This document shows, piece after piece, positions 41,964 to 55,053 of a stretch of 64,000 nucleotides of DNA; the first letter of the stretch is position 1, and each line of letters begins with the position of its first letter. The stretch is from the human T2T-CHM13v2.0 reference genome, Homo sapiens: assembly GCF_009914755.1 (NCBI RefSeq), contig NC_060929.1, one strand, 5' to 3'. The translations under genes and the position numbers were made by a program. Below the pieces are notes generated by a model. The model saw nothing but the letters and a program-made list of their open reading frames with translations, did not search any database and was not told the DNA's origin.

Positions 41964-44900
41964 GGTATGTAGAAATACTTTATATAATCTACCTGAAATC
42001 TACACATAAAGGAGGCAGAAGAGTGAGGTAACTTCCCAGTCCTATGTTTTTTCAACTGCAGTAAAGGCATCTGCTTCATAGTAAGGGCCGAATAATTTTT
42101 AGCTATTTTTATTAACCTTCTATGATGATGTATTGAAATCCACAGTGCTCTTTCTAAAGAAGGCTATTATTAAGATTCTTTACGGAATACAAAAGTACAA
42201 AATAGGATAGACATGTCCAAAAATGTTACCTATATGTATTTCTGTTACTTGGTATGCAGATACCTAAAGGGAATCATTAAGAGGGTGTGTGGGCACTTGC
42301 CACATTTTAAGTAGAAACTCATTATTTGATGAATTTAATCAACATTGACAAAGGGAAGTTTTCTCAGGTCTCCTCTCCAAATATATATCTGACTTATCTA
42401 AATGTACCTATTGTATAGAATAATTTAATCAGAAAATTGCTGATCTTTAATGAATTTATTATTTGTAGATATAATTAATGTATGTAGAAGATTTATGGGA
42501 ATTAATTTTAAATTTGTTACACTATTTCAGGTTACTGGTAAGTTTTGTGGAGTTCCACTATTGTCTATTTTCTTTGACTTTCTTTGAAATTTTAGTTCCA
42601 GAGTGTTTATTTTATGTATAAGTATGTACACACACACACATATACACATAATATACACACAAAATATATATGTGTATTGTGTATTTGCATATTTTATCAG
42701 AAAAACATTATTTAGAGAAATAGAGGATAGATGATACCTCAGCCTGACCAGCAGACATGCCTTTTTCTTGAAGAACAAGAATCTAATACTAGTGTCTATG
42801 CAGACAGATTTTGACAGGTAATTTTCTTTTATTAAAGAATATGTAAAGTCTTTTTCCCTTATAACTTTTCATCATTGTAATTCCCTAAAATTACTAATAA
42901 TCTCCAAAGACTCTTGCATACTTTTATCACCTTGCTCTTTTCATCTTCCTTCAAGTTGCTTATGCTATTGCTATTTTATTTCAAAACTTGCTTCTTACCC
43001 ACTTTATCTGCCAACTGAGGTTTTACCTTCTGAGGCTCTTCGAGTTGCCTTTTCTTGCCAGCTGACTGCATGCTCTCAACGCGCTTCTGTACACTCAGTC
43101 TCTGCCTTTTCGTCTTTCAATTTATACCACCTCTCTCTTTCCTCTCTTCTTCAGCTACACTGAGCTGGTTTTATTTTGTGTGCATAGACAGAAAATGCCC
43201 TTATGACAAGAAATGCCACTGCTAATCTTATTTTCCATTTCTAGCGTATATTTTATTAAATTTTTTTGTTTCATTTTTTAACCTATGTACTGACACAGTG
43301 CCAGGCTTATTTCAAGATTTTTAACTCAGTCGACACCAACTGGCATGTGTTAAACTAGGAGGAAAAAAAAAAGAAATCAAACAGAATAAGAATTACTGGA
43401 AATCAACAGCACTTTCTGGATGAAGGACTTTGGTAATTGAATTGTTACATAGCCACTAGGTTTAGGCAAAGGAATACAAAATGCCCAAGATAAAACTGAG
43501 GAGAATTGCTGAGTCCGTTAAACTAGATTTGAATAATTTGTTCCTGTGATAGAACCTATTCCTATAGAAAGGCATCATATGACTGAACCTGAAAATAAAA
43601 TTACTGTCAGATATAAAGCTCATTGTGAATACAGTAGCAGTGCTAGAAATGTAGAACATTAAAAAATATAACCAAGTGCCCGGTTATGATTTATCATCAG
43701 CATCAGGAAACAAACATATCGCATAGGCATTAGGTTTAGAGCAAGTTTTTTTTCTATATATGTTAATAGGAATAAGCAAATGGAGAGATTAAATTTTTTT
43801 TTCTGTTTCTGGCATGCTACTGAATACATTGAGGCCAGCCTAGAATTTTAAAACTTCTTGAAAATATATTTTCAGCATTTCTATTCCAGGATAACTCTTT
43901 GCACATTTTGATGTAAATGTTTCCTTGTTTAAATAACCCTACACATACATGTGTGTGTGCACTATAAGGTTAAAAAAAAAAAAAGTCAAATAGGATTGCT
44001 TTGCTCCAGAAAGAACTGTTGATATATAATGATAAAAAACAAAATTAAATATTAAATGCAATGAGAAATACAGGTTTAAATTGGTTCGCAGTAACACATT
44101 GCAATTATCTTTTCCAAAGACAGAGGTCATTACTGAATTAATATTTGAAAAATTCTTTCTATTTATAGGCCTTCAAAATGGTGTACTCTTGTTTTGAAAC
44201 TTGGAGAATGCCTTAACACTCTGCAGGCCAGATCCATTGTTTCAGCTGTGAGAATAGGTTGGCTGGTCTTCCACAGAAATAACAACTTTGGTTCTTTAGG
44301 GTCTGATGTCTTACATTCTGGAAGAAAGAGGAAATTTAAGTTTTTTTTTCTATAAAAATACGATAACCTTAAAAATGAACAAAACAAAGTGTTGGTATGA
44401 TATTTAAGTATGTAATTACACAATAAATTTGGAGTTTCATGTAATCTAGATCACATTAATATTGATCGTTTTCAATCCATTCTATAAAGATGTATACCTC
44501 ATCAAACATAAATTGCCATTTCTTTATATATCAGTGTAATTTGACTACTTTTATTTCAAAAACCACAATTGTCCTATGGGTTTTTTCTAGTTATGTCTTG
44601 TGAAAGAGGAGAATTTATGCTAAGGCCATCCCAATTTCTCTGCATTTCTTGAGGATTGGAAATTAACTAGTAGATAAGTGATTCTTATGGAAAGCTAAGT
44701 GCACACTGAACTTATAAAGCTATTAAAAAAAAAAAAAAAGCAGGGCAGTCTTGGAATTAAAGTCCTGCTATGTGTGCTTCAGGTGCTTTTTAACTTTATC
44801 TTTATCATTATAATTAGGAAGACTCAAGACTGGAATAGCAAATGATTAGTCAAGCCTGCAATTTCAATTCAGTGTTGGAGATGTAGGTGAACATCCTTGT

Positions 44901-46499
44901 TTGCTCAGGGATTTTTGACTCCAGCTTTCCTGTCATTGTCCTGTACTTTTTCAAATGTTAAAAACATACCATTGGAATAACATTCAATATGAGAATATTT
45001 TGCATACAAGATAACAATGTCAAGACAGAGAAATCACAATATACTAATGGCTAGATCTATATATTTTATGACCAAGTTGAAAGAACAACGGTAGCTAAAG
45101 ATAAATAACATATAGCTTTTGTTATACGCTGAATTACTGGGAACATTACATTTTCTTATATATTCTATTGCACAGGTAGGGAATCAGAACACTTTTGATG
45201 TGTTTGTGGATGGTTTGTGTTTGGAACAAAAAGATGCAGTTTTCTATATATATATATATTTTTTTTTCCATTTTATCCAAACTGGTAAATGTTTCCTCTC
45301 CCTTTTCTACTGACAATGATAATACCATTTAGATCACTGAGGATATATATTTCCTAGGAGCTCAGATTATAATAATATAATATTTATATAAAACCTTATA
45401 ATTTATACAAATCTTCATATTTATCATCTACTTAGTGTGGTCTTTATTGTGTGTGCCATGCATTTTTATTCCTTAATATTAAAGAACTAAAAGGAAGACA
45501 GTTTACTTAATGTAGCCTAGCTTTCCTCAACCTATTTAATACTGTTTTCTGTAAACCAGGTTACTGATCCCATGAAAAATTCCAAAGGTAAAAATCATAA
45601 AGAAAATAAAAGGACTAATCAATTTGAATACAAAATAAATTTTATGTTTCTGAGTGGAGTAACTAAAACCCACATAGAGTAAAGAGGAGAATAATGATGC
45701 AATAGCATGATATTTTGAATTGTTATCTGTAACTTATTTTTAACAGTTTCCTTCTCCTACGGAAACTTTCTTCATTCAGAAGCTCAGCATTCACCTTCCT
45801 TGTTTCAGAAAAGGGATAAGACCACAGAAAGCAGAGAAAACAAAGCACATTAATTCTGAATTTTCACATTCAAGTAGCCAATTCAAATTGATAGCCAAGT
45901 GTTATGGCTCCTTTTTACGTCCTATACTCCAAGAAGAAGAATAATTGTGCCACAAAATAATACATAAGTAGATAGGATGGATTCCTAAGGAAAAGATGTT
46001 GGGAGCCATTGCTTGCCAGGAATGGGCCTGGGTGAAGCAATAATGTTTTGGGGCAATTTGGGGACACAGATGACTCGTCCTTCCCTTTCCGCATAAAGCA
46101 CAGACAATGTCAGGACCCAGAGAAGGCTGTAAGACATGTTTGGTCAGGGATAAACAGATGGAGTGCAGAAGTTTCATGCTTCAGTATGGGCCCTAAATAA
46201 CAGAATGAGCCCCTGTGTCTCTGGCCAAGTCATATAAGTAAATGAATGGACAGGAGTGTCTGAAGAAGCCCTGCAGTTGGAAAATGGCTGGTTTAATTGT
46301 ACCTACATGGACTGATGTTTGTGGACCTACTGGAGTTAAATGTAGCTGAAGTCTCTGTTGAGATGGTTGTCCTCCCTGCCCTGGCACAGCCTCTTGAAAT
46401 CTAATGCAATCCTGGGTAAAGAAGCCTAAAATGATTGCAATTATGCCTGAATTGCTGAGTTGAATGAGGTTAATAAGTAGAGGATTTTTTGATAATATA

Positions 46500-47305
46500 G
46501 ATTTGGCAGATTAAAGTTCTTACCTATTATAAGAACAAGGTTTTCTTTCCCTGAGGCTAAAGGAGATTCCATAACAACATGGTAAGAGGGTATCAAGACA
46601 AATATAGTAGAGTTTAGACAGTGGTGGGTATCTGAGAAGAAGGGCCTCACACTACATCTCCCAGCCTGAGCCGGAGGAATGGAGACAGAAATTCTAAGTA
46701 GGGTGCATGTACAAGTGGTCCCAGGACTTTATTTTTTCCTCATTTCAGGGTAATGCTCAGGGAGGTAGCAACATGGCATCAGGAAACAAGCCCCGAGTAG
46801 AGAAGGTCTTAGAAAAACTTGGCAGAGTTTCTGGGCACCTGTGATAGCCTGGGAGGGGTGGAAGATGCACACAAGTGGCAGAGGAATAGACAGAAACTTG
46901 GCTCCACAGACTTTAGTGGTGCTTGTCAAAGAATAGTCCTATGGACCACAGAAGGATACTAATATATTAGGAAAAGCTGGGCTTGACTTGATGGTTTGGA
47001 AAGACAGATGATTTAGAATAATGTGCATGAACTAAGATTGAAGGCACTATGTGACCAGAGGCATCTCGGTAGATGCTCAGGGCATACCTAACGATCCTGG
47101 CAAAGTACACCTTTACACTGCGCGCTCATTCTTTTGATCTGTGAACACATCCCAGAAGTAGGAAATAGAAGAATGGGGAGATGGTGGTGAATTGCCTAGA
47201 TTAAGTTCTACCACAGGGAGGAATCTGGACTCCAAATAAAATTATTTTATAGAAAACTATAATTACATTTCTTGATCAACTGAGTTTATGAAATGTGATT
47301 TATAA
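46500..47305 (+). mobile_element. Possible ancient Gypsy-type LTR (MamGypLTR-like)
   Basis: End ttacatttcttgatcaactgagtttatgaaatgtgatt resembles my recollection of the MamGypLTR terminus; left boundary approximate. Confidence 0.4.
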
Positions 47306-47858
47306 TACTTTTTATTTACATGGCATTTTACACTTTTCAAAGTATATTCTTTTACTTCAGTTGCACATCTGCATCAGTAGGTGCTAGCAAAACGTATTTT
47401 AGTTTACCCATGCTGTTAAAATGGAATCTTTACAATTGAGACCTACTGAAATTAGGCATTTTAAAAGCCTCTGAAATTAGAATCTTTGTTCTTTCTTTTT
47501 CGGAATTTTAGAATATTCTAGTAGTCTGAAAAACTAGACCTTAACGTTCTTCAGACTTTTCTGATTAATGGCTGTTCTTGTTCAGAATAATTGAGGAAAT
47601 CAATACAAGGAGCTAGGCATCAAAAGTCAATTCTGATCCTTATATTGTTGTTAAGTGACTTTTAAAATAGATTATTGTGATAGTTTTGCTTGAATTTCTA
47701 TTGCTATGAAAAATTTTAAGTAATAAACATGAATCACTTTATTATAGGGAATTGCTAATTCATCATTTTATGCTTAAAAAAATATATCTTCCAAAGCAGG
47801 GACATTTTATTTAGGCCTGGTAAATGTTAAAATACAATCTACATAAAATGTTATTAAG

Positions 47859-48121
47859 GGCTGGGTGTGGTGGCTCACACCTGTAATCCCAGCACTTTGG
47901 GAGGCGGAGACGAGTCTGGCCAATATGGTGAAACCCCATCTCTACTAAAAATACAAAAATTAGCCAGGCATGGTGACACACGCCTATAGTCCCAGCTACT
48001 TGGGAGGCTGAGACAAGAGAATCACTTGAACCCAGAGGTGGAGGTTGCAGTGAGCCAAGATTGTGCCACTGCACTCCAGCCTGGGTGACAGAGCAAGACT
48101 CCATCTCAAAAAAAAAAAAAA
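47859..48121 (+). mobile_element. AluS with ~32-nt left-arm deletion
   Basis: gggaggcggag joined directly to acgagtctggcc; TSD GTTATTAA. Confidence 0.93.
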
Positions 48122-48909
48122 GTTATTAATGCCTTGACATATTTGCTATTAATTCAAAAGGTTAAAAGGTTAAGTGAAACTAAATACAAATTTAAATAAA
48201 AAGCTGGGCATATGCACTGGGCTGAAAGAGTTACGAGTTACTTGTAATTAAATGTTTAATGTTACTTATATTTGATGACTATGATGCAACTATAAAGGCA
48301 TGCTACAAAAGAATGGATGACTTTGATAAGTTGTTTAAAGTAGTATTTTATTAGTCTTAGATATTATTTTAATGGGTTGGAATATCAGTTGTATGTTATG
48401 CTATAGTTCATACTTCTGAATTTTATTTCATGGCTTGTATGTGGATTTTAATCGCATATTCTGAGGATAGTCTTTTAACTGATTCAGAATTTTTTGTACT
48501 TCTGCTAGTTATGCTTTTGTTGAAATGCCTTAAAAATGCACATTTAAATAAATTTGCTTCTTCCAATTGTTCCATATAATGATGTTTCTATAAAAGATAC
48601 AATTTTAAAAAGGGCTGCCTATGACTTTCATGTGTAATTTCTTTTCATTCAGCTTAGCTGATGATAGCACAATTTTGAATTTCACAAGAGTACCAGTTGG
48701 TTTATTTCAGTTGGAGGCTAAATTTACAGGAACTTATGGAAACTCCAGGAAATTCACGTCATTCAATTACTTGACTCTCCCAACAGCCACATCTTCCTCA
48801 CACAAAAAGGATTTGTCCACCTGCAAATGGAAATGAAAAGAACATGAAAAACAGATAATACATGCAGAAACCTGAGTGATTTTTTAAAAATTTTAAATAT
48901 AATCGTATT

Positions 48910-49260
48910 ATTTCCCTCTTAAAATGTATTAGGGCTTTCTGTGGCATAAGAATAAAGTGAAAAAAAAAATACTCATCATTACCTATAGGACTGTCATGTC
49001 CTGTTCCCTGCTTACCCCTCAAAGTTCACTTGTCATCTTTTTGTCTCTTCCTGTAGCTTTATTGGCCTTTTATGATAACTTCAGGGTCCTATGCCCCTTT
49101 TAGCCTTTGTTCCTTTGCATGTACTGATCCCCAAAGCCTGAAAACTCTTCTCCCTATCCTCTTCAATCTGGCTAACTCTTATGTGTCCTTCAAGTCTCAG
49201 CTTCAAATATCGTTTCTTCTGTGAAGACTCTTCTGACACTTCAAACAGAATTATGTTATT
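48910..49260 (+). mobile_element. L2 fragment
   Basis: cctttgcatgtactgatccc..tggctaactcttatgtgtccttcaagtctcagctt. Confidence 0.65.
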
Positions 49261-49984
49261 GCTCTTGAATAGAACTTTTTTTGTGGCTGTTCCCTACCAC
49301 CTACCTCAGATCTTGACACATTAAGGGCATTCAAGAATGCCTCTTGACTGAGGAATCTTAGGAATTATGAGTCCTCTCCGATTAGATTTAAGTATAGAAA
49401 CATCTTTATGTGGGAGTTATTGAGGTTTCTGCTGTTTCACCACTTCGTCATATTTCTTACCTTACAATTGTAAGTTTCCATTCAGAATTAGTATCCAGGT
49501 GCAGTTTGAGAGCTCTTGATCATCAAATATGTAGCTCTAACCTTCAAAACTCAAATGCCAAGTCTTTCTTATTTTCCCTTTTCTTGATACCCATCATGAA
49601 GACTGGGAAATACAGAGCTGGCAGGAGGTTGAGCAGAAGAGCTCAGACATACCCCTGAAAAAATTCCATATTTATGAGACCCAAAAATGAGGCAATAGAA
49701 CATGCCTCATTTTGGCCATCAGATATAGGACCTACTTCCTAACTTATTTTATGCCCTGATAAAAATGGGTAAAAGAGTATGAAGACAGACAAGGGTAGAT
49801 TAATCAGTCTGCAAGTCTACCCAGAGGCTGCATGATAAGCATTGCATCATGGTTTATTTATATCTGTGGAAAAAGAAATTATGATTTTAATAATAATACA
49901 TTTTCTGTTTTCATAATTTCATTTTCTAGTTCAAGTTTTTTTTTCTCTCTTTCTGCATTCATTGTGTCATGAGCATCCTGTGAG

Positions 49985-50210
49985 AGTGGCCCAGTTGGCT
50001 AAACAGCAGTCTGAAAACTCAGGTGCTGTGTAACCTATTCCCTGCTGGGCTTTTAACTTGCTGTGTAACCTTGAACATACTTCTTAATATCTCTGTGCTC
50101 CAACGTCAGGATTTGTAAAATAGTGGAAAAAGGTATTAAACTGCAGGCATATTTGTGAAGAAACACTAGTAAATGTGGTTGAAAAGCTCTTTGAAAATAT
50201 AAAGTCCTAA
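49985..50210 (+). mobile_element. MIR
   Basis: aacttgctgtgtaaccttgaacatacttcttaatatctctgtgctc..tgtaaaat. Confidence 0.7.
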
Positions 50211-50281
50211 CCATAAGAAAAAGAGGAAATCAGCCAAAAGCACAACTGAGAATGCCCTTAAATGTACTTAGCTGTTGATGG

Positions 50282-50335
50282 AGAGATTTAGGTCTGATGT
50301 GCGGAAAATTTTCCTGACAGCGGGTTGTTAAAATA
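50282..50335 (+). mobile_element. L3/CR1 fragment
   Basis: agatttaggtctgatgtgcggaaaattttcctgacag..gttgttaaa. Confidence 0.5.
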
Positions 50336-51220
50336 GGCTACCTCTTTGGCTTATAATATTTTCCTGCTGTTTCACATTTTATTATGTCAATGACAATCTC
50401 CCATCAAGGTATATGTGGAAGCTATAAAATAGAAACTGTGCCATACCTTGTTATACGAGATATGGCCAGGTTTTGAGTTAACGGTCTTCATTAGTGATCA
50501 ATTTTCATCTGTATCTTAGACAATTACTAGGCAGAATCTGTCAAGTAAATAACATTGTTTGGTGGCTCCAGAATTTCACAGCTTAACAAAATAGTCAACC
50601 TAGAAATCCGAAGTTGTAGAAATTGAGGCATTTGAGACCAGGGAAAGGGTATTTTTATTTATTTATTTTTAGTCAGAGGTCTTTCTTGGGGCTGCAGAAA
50701 TCACATCCTAAGTGATCGCTTGTTTTCAGCTTAATTCCAGATTTATTATCCGATCTATTTAACCTCTTTCTTGAGTACATGGTAAAGAGTTGGCATCTGA
50801 GAAGAGATACATTTCTGAAGGGAAAGTTTAAAATAGTGATTTAGGAATTAAAATGTGTACATAAAATATTGTCTAAAGGGATTTCTAAAATTTACTTTTA
50901 GATGTCATATAATGAATTCATAGAAACAGATTAGTTTCCAGAATGTTAATATTGCTCTCCTAAACTTTAATATTAAAGTTTATTACAGCTTCTTTTTTCT
51001 ATTTGGAACATTAGTCTTCTTTATGTGTGCAAAAACAAATACCCTACCTTAAAAATCAAATAATGTTTTTGCAGTGATACCCAAACATGATAAGGTAATA
51101 ATATTGATGATATTAACAAGATAAAAAATCCAATGTAAAAATCCTACTGCATTAGTATATGTTTTTTGTTTGTTTGTTTGTTTGTTTTTTGCATTTTTTT
51201 AAGATTGTCCTAAATATGTC

Positions 51221-51529
51221 CGCCGTGCGCGGTGGCTCACGCCTGTAATCCCAGCACTCTGGGAGGCCGCGGCGAGTGGATCACGAGGTCAGGAGATCCA
51301 GACCATCCTAGCTAACACGGTGAAACCCCGTCTCTACTAAAAATACAAAAACAAAATTAGCCGAGCGCGGGGGCGGGCGCCTGTAGTCCCAGCTACTCGG
51401 GAGGCTGAGGCGGGAGAATGGCGACAACCCGGGAGGCGGTGCCAGAGCGCAGTGAGCAGAGCTTGCAGCGCTCCGAGCACTCCAGCCTGGGAGACAGAGC
51501 GAGACTCTGTCAAAAAAAAAAAAAAAAAA
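51221..51529 (+). mobile_element. AluY-type, CpG-rich
   Basis: Y diagnostics; perfect 17-bp TSD ATTGTCCTAAATATGTC (51204-51220, 51530-51546). Confidence 0.95.
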
Positions 51530-51843
51530 ATTGTCCTAAATATGTCACAAACTCTGATGGATGTGCATAATATTACCTTTAATTTATCATAAGTAAATCT
51601 TGTGATGCTTACACAGAAGAAAGGAGTCTGAAGATTGTGAGATCACTTTGGTTTATCCATAGCTTTTATTTTGCAATTTCAGTAACTTATCTCAAGTTTC
51701 AGTCTCTAACTTGTCCTCCCTTGATAAAGATTTCTTAAGGAATGTAAAAACATTATTTTCAATACATCAGTAAACTTGCAGTGTTTCCTAATTAAAATCT
51801 AAACCTTTAGGCATATAGCTTTTAATTGTGACTAATGTGAAAT

Positions 51844-52240
51844 AAAATTAAATTTGGCCTAAAGCTGTCTCTGTGGATAGCAAACTATGACCTAACTTAG
51901 TATATAAGCAAACTGCAACCTAACTTAAGGATGTAAACAAACTGCAACCTAAATTAAGAGTATATTCTTATAACAAATAGCTGAGTCACAGCCAATCACA
52001 GCAGCCACACTTGAGCTAATCAGAGGCCGCCAACTATTCAGACCAGGCTCATATAAGGGAAACACCTAGCCATAACCAATCTATTTCTGTATGTCAGTTT
52101 CTTTTTCTGTCTATAAATATTGCCTGCCCACATTGCTGGGTCGAGCTCTGTGAACCTCTTCTGGTTCTGAGTGCTTCTTGATCTGTGAATCATTATTTGC
52201 TCAAACTCTGCTAAATTTAATTTGTCTAAATTTTTTAAGA
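51844..52240 (+). mobile_element. MER57-family ERV1 solo LTR
   Basis: aaattaaatttggcctaaagctg, repeated aaactgcaacctaa, agccaatca, tataaata, gctaaatttaatttgtctaa. Confidence 0.85.
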
Positions 52241-54334
52241 GTATATTTTATGGCATTCTAGTTGTTTAATTGTTGAAAATATAGTGCAGGCTTTCCTTAA
52301 TATATATCACAGACAGCTTTCTGAGTTATGGTCACAGCACAATCAGCTATCAAATTGAAACTGTTTCCCTCCATAACCTCAGCCTTGAAGTTTTTTCTTG
52401 ATATGAACCTTTGTCTTTCTGTTTTCAATTTCCAAATTTTTAAATGGCAAAATTACAATTTTTTTCCTTTTCATTATGACATGATTGAAAAATCCCCAAT
52501 CAATACTCAATACAACATTTACTATTAATAATATTTTAGGCTTATCATGGAGTTTCTTTTATGATCAGAGTAAGCATGTTATTTTCCAAGAGGAATATAC
52601 AAACTTTTCCTTTTGAAAGCATTGGTTAAAATGAGGGAATTTTTATAAAAGTGAATGGAGGAAGAGCAGAACCAATGAAGCCAGAAGATATATTTTACTT
52701 AGAAAAGCAGACACAAAATTTATAGTGCTCTCTTTAAATAATACATTAGTTTGACCCTGCTGTGCTATATATTTTTATATATTTAATGTGAACTTGGGGA
52801 CTCATTTAGGTTTGGACCAAGCTAGTCTTACCTGTATCTATACCAGTGAAGCTGTTGCTACTTACAGGACAGAAAGAAGCAGTGACCCATACATGTCAAT
52901 CCTCTGAGACAAGTTGAGTTTTATTAACTGTCACAAAACATTTTCTTTGTGTAGGGTCCAAAGCTGCATTCAATATATTTAGGAGCTTTGTCATATGGCA
53001 TACGTTCTACTGGTCATTAATAATATTAATACTTCTATATTTTGTATGATTAATAAAATTGAAATTATGTGCTTTGTTATAATGGAAAGTGAAGAACTGA
53101 TCATCATTTCCTGAAATATACTCTATTGGTTTAAAAATAAACAGCCGAATAAATACCTTGCCTTCAAATTTAAGCTATAGAAAAACTCTTTTCTCTAGAC
53201 CTGATTTACACCTACCATCAGGATTTGTTTTCTTCTTACTTTTTTTTTTTTTTGTAAGAATTGACTAGTTAATGTTTACAAAGTATTTTGAAGGTGTAAA
53301 GTGCTGGCAAGTGCTAAGCCCAATAAAAAGTATTTTATACAAAATCTGAGAGCTGACTTGTACAGCATCCAGCTTTGTGAGTGAATAGAGCAAAGACGAT
53401 TAAAATCAACATCATTTGTAATTTAAAGTACCGTGAACAACAAAGAGGATCCAACTATTGTTTTCGTTTGACAGGCTGCAAATATAGATTGCTGAACAGC
53501 GGTAGTCTGTCAATATAAAGCATTTAGCACTTCACTAAACAACTTGAGAATTTTCTACTTTAGGAAAAGAAATATGAAATCAGATTTGGTGTAACATTAT
53601 TATTTTAATGGATTAACCATATCATTATTAAAAAGAAAACTACAACTCAACAAAATCCAAGAAAGTCTTTGCTATAGAACTTACCAGTGTGGTGAATGTT
53701 CAGAAAGATGAAACCCTTTCCATGAAGGCTTTCCCTAGCTCCACCCATCTGGAATGTGCAGAGGGATGATGACAGAATTCAATTGCACGGAAGAAAGAAA
53801 GCATTGTATTCAAAAAAAGCATTGTATTCAAAGAAAATACTGAGAATAGATAAAAGGTTGATATTTGTTGATCACAGACCACTCGTGAGGTGGAGCTTTG
53901 GAATGCAGGTTTCCACAATCCTAGTTTCATAAAATGAAAAATATTTTATAGTACTCTAATAAATGTTGATTGAGTCCACAAAATATTCTTAGAATTTTGA
54001 GGGAATGCTTTTACTTACTGTATTTTTATAAAACCAGTTCTAAAAAATAATTTAACTCTGCTCTTAGGGAATATACAGATGAATAAGGCACAGATCACAA
54101 ACTCACAGAACTAGCAGTAGGGAAATTATAATAAAATGCGTAAGTAAACACCTATACTACAAAAGAGAATGCGGAAGTTAGACAATTAAGATATTAATTT
54201 GATATTTTGGGAATTTAGAGGAAGACATTCTGCCTCATCAAGGGAAATCAAATAATACTTTTAATTAAAATTATGTAGTTCTGCCAATTTATATACCTGT
54301 CACCTTTAAATTATTTCAGATAAAAGGATTTAAG

Positions 54335-54640
<306 letters not shown>

Positions 54641-54726
54641 AAAAGGATTTAAGGTAACAGCAACAATAAAAAGATTAATTTGTTCATTAATTCTATAAGT
54701 ATTTATCCTGACTCTGATTGTATTTA

Positions 54727-55053
54727 TATTTTTTATGTTTCTGTTGTTGTTCTTGTTTTGAGACAGGATCTTGCTCTGTCACTCAGGCTGGAGTGCAGTG
54801 AAATGATCATAGATCACTGTAGCTTCCAACTCCTGGCTCAAGTGAGCTTCCCATCTCAGCCACTGGAGTAGCTGGGACTACAGGTGCACACTACCATGCC
54901 TAGCTAATTTTAATTTTTTTTTTTTTTTTTCTGTATAGACAAGGTCTCACTAGGTTGCCTAGGCTAGTCTTAAATTCCTGGCCTCAAGAGAGATCCTCCC
55001 ACCTCACCCTCCCAAAGTGCTGAGATTGTAGGTGTTAGCCACCAAGCCTGGTC
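54727..55053 (-). mobile_element. AluJ
   Basis: gatcatagatcactgtagc, cctggcctcaag; degraded TSD atcctgactct..gtattta. Confidence 0.92.

Noticed and set aside
51880-51960. Three ~30-bp repeats resembling a short array
   Set aside because: An intrinsic tandem motif of MER57 LTRs; no unique spacers and not CRISPR.
53798-53833. Short tandem duplicate aaagcattgtattcaaa
   Set aside because: Ordinary slippage between A runs.
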